Assembly: GCA_965208675.1 (NCBI GenBank) | Contig: OZ242351.1 | Location: 736,001 to 800,000, forward strand | DNA: 64,000 nucleotides | Direction of reading: 5' to 3' | DNA from: Candidatus Poribacteria bacterium | GTDB taxonomy: Bacteria; Poribacteria; WGA-4E; PCPOR2b | Shown here: positions 58,645-64,000 of the stretch, one piece after another | Layout of the letters: each line of letters starts with the position of its first letter | How positions within the stretch are numbered: the first letter of the stretch is position 1 | Made by a program: the position numbers and the translations under genes | The notes under the pieces: generated by a model | What the model was told of the DNA's origin: nothing | What the model saw: only the letters and a program-made list of their open reading frames with translations | The model's database searches: none

Positions 58645-59421
58645 TTAACGATTATGAGCCGCTGCAGCCGTGCTATAGATGTTGTTTTGGGCGGGTACCC
58701 GGCGAATGTCGGAATAGGTGACAACCTTGCAGAGTTCTCGGCCGTCATCCATAACCGGGGTCGGCTTACGCAGTATGAATTCCGCTATATCGAAGGCATT
58801 GTAGCACACAAAAGCCACAGAAAACCATTCGATTGAACACTCGGAAGAACAGGTTAAGTCCGGGAACGGAAGCGGACCTGTATCTACTTGGAACAATCCA
58901 TGATCGTGATTAATATTAATCGTCTTAATTGGGTATTCAATTATTGCCCGAATGCTCTTCACTTCGTCCCAAATCGTGGTCCGACCTATCAGCGCTTCAT
59001 TCGCTTTGGTTGATTGGATAATCTGCTCTGAATTCACGAGAGCCTGGATTACCGGGTGCGTCCGTATTGTAAGATTAAAGACCGTAAACCTATCTTCGAT
59101 GAGGAATGCGGTGCGATTTACTTTATTATCGGTAATGCCGTACCCGACATTAAGGAATTCAGATTCCGACCAAATGGCGCAGTATTCGCCGCTAGGATAC
59201 TGAAAAAGTGTGTCTGAGCGGTACATCCATTCGGTACGGCAGGGAGTAATGAGAAAGAACTCCTCCGATGTCCCGTCCTCTTCATTTAGAATTTCGCAGC
59301 GGGCGTCAAGTAGAATTCGAGCACTGTTGCGAATCTGCATGTGTCCCGGTGTTCGCTGGTCATTGGGATTGGGTTCGACAACCCAAGTCATGTAAGAATT
59401 GTTAAAATCGCAAATATCCAT
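58645..59421 (-). CDS. Hypothetical protein, first gene of the GH116 operon
   Basis: Long, protein-like ORF (MDICDFNNSYMTW...PCRTEWMY...FQVDTGPLPFPD) ending 36 nt before the GH116 start. The start is uncertain. Confidence 0.7.
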   Translation of the reverse strand: MDICDFNNSYMTWVVEPNPNDQRTPGHMQIRNSARILLDARCEILNEEDGTSEEFFLITPCRTEWMYRSDTLFQYPSGEYCAIWSESEFLNVGYGITDNKVNRTAFLIEDRFTVFNLTIRTHPVIQALVNSEQIIQSTKANEALIGRTTIWDEVKSIRAIIEYPIKTININHDHGLFQVDTGPLPFPDLTCSSECSIEWFSVAFVCYNAFDIAEFILRKPTPVMDDGRELCKVVTYSDIRRVPAQNNIYSTAAAAHNR

Positions 59422-59525
59422 GGCGAATTGCGATTCCAGAGGAGAAAGGCGGGAATTTTGATCTTGGTTCGCATCGTAAGCGAAACCGATGCTAGCATTG
59501 TATGCACCGGACAGTAATTGAGAAG

Positions 59526-59572
59526 AAAAAGGTCGGCACACGCACAGCCCTACCATGCGGGCCGACCTTTTT
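59526..59572 (-). terminator. Intrinsic terminator (possibly bidirectional)
   Basis: AAAAAGGTCGGC...GCCGACCTTTTT with an inner CGCA/TGCG stem and T-tracts on both strands. Confidence 0.7.
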
Positions 59573-59690
59573 GATTTGGTCCTAACTAAGACTTAACTCA
59601 TGGAAACGCGGCAATTTAGATGTTTCCGGATTCACTGCCGCCGCCAAAATGGTAACATTGAAAGATTCCGCGTGTTTTGAGTCGGAAGGA

Positions 59691-60551
59691 TTACTGGTTT
59701 TTGAGTCGAGCCCAGGTGGTGACGAGTTTAGACTTCGCCTCTACAGAAGTGAGTGATGCCAAGTTTGTGTTAGCAAGTTCGGCAATTTCATCAGCAGAAA
59801 GCGCACGGCCAAAAAGCGCCACATCGTCAATCATGCCATCAATGAATTTGTAATTGTCGACTTCACCGCCGTGTCCTCGTGATGTCCCTAAGTAAATTGG
59901 GGAATCAGGGAAAACGGCGTAAGGAGCTGTCAATGTAACCGGCTCCGTACCCGATCGGTGATGGAACCCCCACGTAACATCAGCCGGAGCTCCGTTAAGG
60001 AAAGCTTGAAGTGTCTGTCCATTGGCGACTTGCGCCATATGTATCCATGTCCCCAGCTCGTACGAGTTATCAACGTTCAACCACCCTTCCGCATTCTTGG
60101 CATCCGGTTCTTGCTCTCCGTCGACAGCGCCCTTAATATTGTTGGAGCCATACGAGAGACTAGTGTCGTTAGAGGTAATTAATCGGATGTGGAAATGCGG
60201 TCCCCAGCCGACTTTTTCACCCTTAAACATGATGCCGCCGTGATCGCCGGAGGCTCTAATGAACGCGCGGACGGCGTGCGTGAATGCGTTTTCCATCGCA
60301 TCCATAGAAGGATGGTGCGGTATTTCAGCGTAGGCATCGACGCCGTTGACGTCAAGGGCGCGTCCATGCATGCCGTCGGAATAACCGGCGCCGCCCACTA
60401 ATTTGCCGTTAGCGTTTCCCATCAAATCATTTACGTTGTCGCCCTCAAATGTCCACGCAGAAATTAGACCGTCTGTCAAGGCAGCCGAAGCGACGCTAGT
60501 CACAACGCAAAATAGCAAAATCACAAAGATCCGAGTATACAAACGTAACAT
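59691..60551 (-). CDS. Secreted LamG domain protein with the C-terminal TTW motif
   Basis: AGGAG RBS, signal peptide, GLISAWTFE and GMIDDVALFGRALS; ends SVEAKSKLVTTWARLKNQ. Confidence 0.9.
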   Translation of the reverse strand: MLRLYTRIFVILLFCVVTSVASAALTDGLISAWTFEGDNVNDLMGNANGKLVGGAGYSDGMHGRALDVNGVDAYAEIPHHPSMDAMENAFTHAVRAFIRASGDHGGIMFKGEKVGWGPHFHIRLITSNDTSLSYGSNNIKGAVDGEQEPDAKNAEGWLNVDNSYELGTWIHMAQVANGQTLQAFLNGAPADVTWGFHHRSGTEPVTLTAPYAVFPDSPIYLGTSRGHGGEVDNYKFIDGMIDDVALFGRALSADEIAELANTNLASLTSVEAKSKLVTTWARLKNQ

Positions 60552-60912
60552 TCTAAATCTCCTTATCTAGAAGTGTAATTACTAAACTAAAGTGAATTCT
60601 TTCAAATTCACGTGCCGTAAATCATTAATTGCGCTCGACTGTGGATTCAACACAATTTCGTGCAAACCGTTAATGATTGCACCAGTATTTATATCAACTT
60701 GGATGCTGCTTCCCTGCAGGCTCCGGTTTTGCGTTAACTGCACAAGCTTTTTCCCAGAATCCGCAAGCTGTTGTGGCGGAATGCCATTTTATCACACAAG
60801 AGACCCGTGAATCACCTCCTTATTGCGATTTGTTCAGTACACCACTCAAATTGAATTGTAGCAATTTGTCGCTAAGCCATGGTCTACCATGCAATTTTTC
60901 GTTCCCCTAGCG

Positions 60913-61941
60913 TTAATGTCTTCCGGCAAGTTTCATCTTCCCCCATATTGCGGTTAGCTTGGCAGCCGGTGAAACTGAAAACGCAATCCGCGGATCGAAC
61001 CATGCGGGATACAGGTCATTTGATTCATTATTCGTTAGGTTGGTTGGGTTACCGCCATCAGCGTCCATCACGTAAATTTCTACGTCTCCGTCACGCAGAG
61101 TGGAAAACGCTATCCGCCTACCATTTGGGGACCATGCAGGATAATCATCCCAACTAAAATCATTGGTCAGGTTCGTGGGATTCCCGCCGTCAGCGGCGTC
61201 GATAATGTATATTTCATTGTTAAAGTCCCGGGTCGCCGAAAAAGCAATCTTCTGGCCGGTTCGCGTCTGCCAGGCTGGATTCCTGTCATCATTGGGATCG
61301 TCCGTCAGACGTTTTTGATTTTCACCATTCGCATCCATCGAATAGATTTCAAAATTTCCATCCCGACTGCTAGCCCAAGCAATCTTTTTCCCGTCGGGCG
61401 ACCAAGTAGGTTCCATATCCTGATCTTTATGTTTTGTAACTCGAAAGGTGTTTTCCTGATCACCAAATTCAGCAATTTCCCAAGGAGCGAAATCACCGTC
61501 CAGCGCTCTGACAACCCAGAGGTCGAAATTCCAGCCTTCATTAACATTTGCGTGGACGAATGCTATCCACTCACCGTCAGGCGACCAAGACGGTGTCAGG
61601 TCTCGCACTCCAGCAGTCAGTTTGCGGCTCTCCTTGCCTCCGGAATCCATAATGTGAATATGCTCCCAGTGCCCTCCTCGATTTGAGGCGAACACGATTC
61701 GCGTTCCATCCGGCGACCACGAAGGCGATAGGTCCCGAGCGCTGTCCTTCGTTAATTTTTTCGGATTCTGCCCGTCGACGTCCATTATCCAAATCTCTTC
61801 GTTCTTGCTTCTGTCGGATTCGAAAACGATTACGGCTCTATCGGGCGCTTCTTGCGCAGCGCCGCGCATCGGCGAAAGAAACACCGCCATCGCGATTGTA
61901 ACATGTAGCGCGATGTACAGTAGCATGTTACGGTGGTGCAT
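60913..61941 (-). CDS. Secreted TolB-like PD40 beta-propeller protein with the C-terminal W motif
   Basis: Repeats P.WSPDG..I.F.S.RDG..EIY.MDADG; ends SVSPAAKLTAIWGKMK. Confidence 0.9.
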   Translation of the reverse strand: MHHRNMLLYIALHVTIAMAVFLSPMRGAAQEAPDRAVIVFESDRSKNEEIWIMDVDGQNPKKLTKDSARDLSPSWSPDGTRIVFASNRGGHWEHIHIMDSGGKESRKLTAGVRDLTPSWSPDGEWIAFVHANVNEGWNFDLWVVRALDGDFAPWEIAEFGDQENTFRVTKHKDQDMEPTWSPDGKKIAWASSRDGNFEIYSMDANGENQKRLTDDPNDDRNPAWQTRTGQKIAFSATRDFNNEIYIIDAADGGNPTNLTNDFSWDDYPAWSPNGRRIAFSTLRDGDVEIYVMDADGGNPTNLTNNESNDLYPAWFDPRIAFSVSPAAKLTAIWGKMKLAGRH

Positions 61942-62011
61942 ATGATCCCCCTGTTTATCTGCTCAATGTATTCGAAAGACCACTCCCGACACTACATGGG
62001 TACTTTACCGC

Positions 62012-63058
62012 CTATAGCTTGCTTGTTACCCACTTGACCTTGCCCCAAGTAGTTGTAGCTTTGTCGGCTGGAGACACCGAGAATGCAACAACTGGGTCAA
62101 ACCAAGCCGGGTTGGCGTTGAACGCCTCTTCAGTGTTAGTCAAGTTGGTCGGATTTCCGCCGTCCGCATCCATCACATAGATTTCGCCGTTGCCATCCCG
62201 CAGCGTTGCAAAGGCAATCTTACTGCCGTTCGGCGACCACTCTGGAAAATCGTCCCAATTGAAGTCATTCGTCAAATTTCTTTGGTTTCCCCCATCGACA
62301 TCCATTACGTAGATTTCATTGTTGAAGTCGCGCGTTGACGAAAAAGCAATTTTCCGACCGAATTTCGGCTGCCATGCCGGCGATTTATCGTCTCCAGGGT
62401 CGTTTGTAAGCCTTTTTCCATTCTCGCCGCTGGCGTCCATCACATAAATCTCAAAGTTGCCATTCCGATTTGTTGACCAAACAATCTTCTTGCCGTCTGG
62501 CGACCAATCAGGCTCAATGTCCGTGTCCCCGTGCTGTGTCAACTGCAATGGATCGACGCCTATATCTCCGTGCTCAACCTCCAGAAGGTAAATCTCGTAG
62601 TTCCATTCTGCTGCGCGGGGTGATCCAATTAGAATTGACGCACCATTTGGTGACCACCTCGGCCCCTTGTCCTGTGCACCATTTTCGGTCAACCTACGCA
62701 CGTCTTTACCTGCGTTGGACATTATAAACACATCTTCAAAGTGCGCCGCACGGTTGGACATGAATGCAATCCATTCTCCATCCGGAGACCACGCCGGTTC
62801 CGTGTCTTCCTTTTTGTCCTTTGTCAACCGAACAGGATTTCCTCCATCCGTATCCATAATGTAAATTTCGCTGTTGCCGTCTCGATTAGATTCAAACGCA
62901 ATTTTGGCAACATCGGGCGGCGCAGCGTAAACTTCGTCCGCAAGCACAATCATCGCAAACACTAGCACGCTGTACAAACCTAACCGCCCGACGATTTGAT
63001 GCGGTGAAATTCTTGGCGTACCATTTGTGATATGCACGCAGCGATTTTCGGCAATCAT
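62012..63058 (-). CDS. Secreted TolB-like PD40 beta-propeller protein (tandem paralog) with the C-terminal TTW motif
   Basis: Same repeats as 60913; ends SVSPADKATTTWGKVKW. The start is uncertain (the ORF is open to 63157). Confidence 0.88.
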   Translation of the reverse strand: MIAENRCVHITNGTPRISPHQIVGRLGLYSVLVFAMIVLADEVYAAPPDVAKIAFESNRDGNSEIYIMDTDGGNPVRLTKDKKEDTEPAWSPDGEWIAFMSNRAAHFEDVFIMSNAGKDVRRLTENGAQDKGPRWSPNGASILIGSPRAAEWNYEIYLLEVEHGDIGVDPLQLTQHGDTDIEPDWSPDGKKIVWSTNRNGNFEIYVMDASGENGKRLTNDPGDDKSPAWQPKFGRKIAFSSTRDFNNEIYVMDVDGGNQRNLTNDFNWDDFPEWSPNGSKIAFATLRDGNGEIYVMDADGGNPTNLTNTEEAFNANPAWFDPVVAFSVSPADKATTTWGKVKWVTSKL

Positions 63059-63278
63059 TTGGGCAATAGAATTACCGTTGCGTTCGTTAAGGAACAAAGT
63101 CACAGATTTTGGGCGGCAGCCAAAACCGTCAGAAGTCGGAGTATTGGCTAACTCCATATCCTGAAAATTCCGGCTCTTCCAAAAATTCTTGAGGTATATT
63201 CACTGTAGTCGATTGGAGTTCATAATCTACATTTCCAAATTGCCGCAAAACATGGATGCTGTCTCACACTCGTTTACT

Positions 63279-63998
63279 CTAATCTAGCCGCGACTTGACA
63301 TAGCCCCAACTCGTGGGCAACTTGCCACCGGGTTGAACACTCAATGGGATGCCGCTCATGAATTCATTGATGTCGTCCTCTGATAGTGCCGCCTTAAAAA
63401 GAGCAACTTCATCAATCAATCCGCCAAACGGCTCGCCGATAGCAATATGTGACCGTTCGCCAATCATAAAGAGCGGATCTCCAACGAACTGTATTTCTCC
63501 TTTGCGATCTTTGTGATTTGCAACTTCTTCACCGTTCACGTAGGAGATTGCCTCATCGCCGGTAAACACAAATGCGAGATGCGTCCATTCTTTCGATGCA
63601 ACCTGTCCGGAGTCGTACTCACGGTCCTTCGCCACACCGCCTTCCACCAAATTAAGCCACGTCGCCATAGCACCGCCTCGAACTCCGATTTGATGCCCGA
63701 CCCAAGGGTCGTCCCATTGTGCTTGATCGTCGTGCGGAACACCTGCGACATATTGAGTCGGTCCCGAGTCATCCGGATTTGCCCATGCCATCAGTGTCAA
63801 GTTCTGAGAAATGCGTAAATCGGCCGAGTTTGCAATCTGTACGGCATTCCCATCTTTTTTCAAAAACTTTACCGCGCCCTTGGGGCCTTCAATCGGCGCG
63901 CCGTCATTTTTTACTAGTGCGGCGACGCCTTTCATCTGGCCGTCATGCCCGTTTCCGGTTGCGTCTTTCGGATCGCCGTCAAACTTCCAGTACGCAAC
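63279..63998 (-). CDS. LamG domain protein with the C-terminal TSW motif, 5'-truncated by the window edge
   Basis: The frame is open to the window end (VAYWKFDGDPKDATGNGHDG), with GLIDEVALF; ends SVQPGGKLPTSWGYVK. Confidence 0.88.
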   Translation of the reverse strand, partial: VAYWKFDGDPKDATGNGHDGQMKGVAALVKNDGAPIEGPKGAVKFLKKDGNAVQIANSADLRISQNLTLMAWANPDDSGPTQYVAGVPHDDQAQWDDPWVGHQIGVRGGAMATWLNLVEGGVAKDREYDSGQVASKEWTHLAFVFTGDEAISYVNGEEVANHKDRKGEIQFVGDPLFMIGERSHIAIGEPFGGLIDEVALFKAALSEDDINEFMSGIPLSVQPGGKLPTSWGYVKSRLD

Positions 63999-64000
63999 GA

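Noticed and set aside
1-64000. CRISPR arrays, rRNA, tRNA, and the many short antisense or overlapping ORFs in the track
   Set aside because: I saw no repeat-spacer periodicity or RNA-gene consensus. The short ORFs are shadows of well-supported genes.

Overview
Bacterial chromosomal window. The gene style (many secreted LamG and TolB/PD40 proteins, an ECF sigma factor with a long C-terminal extension, a DUF4838 protein) suggests Candidatus Poribacteria; this is inference, not a database result. It holds housekeeping operons (nadD-yacG-yqeK-rsfS-argS, der, hisS-aspS, rimI), an Aap-type amino-acid ABC transporter, a GH116 sugar-catabolism operon, an intact IS5-family element, IS3 and IS5 remnants, and two MITE-like elements. 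The most notable observations are: (1) a two-gene module pairing a DpnA-like DNA methyltransferase with a TGT that retains its catalytic motifs and is fused to an archaeosine-synthase (ArcS) signature domain, a candidate compact DNA deazaguanine-modification system; (2) a conserved C-terminal motif, (S/A)V-x-P-x2-K-L-x-T-T-W-(G/A)-x-L-K, on eight secreted proteins of two unrelated folds, a candidate sorting signal; (3) a UxxC selenoprotein with a SECIS-like hairpin that the ORF track missed; (4) an unassigned, roughly 200-nt structured RNA candidate; (5) domain insertions in AspRS, an AI-2E transporter and a GltP symporter. I found no rRNA, canonical tRNA or CRISPR array.
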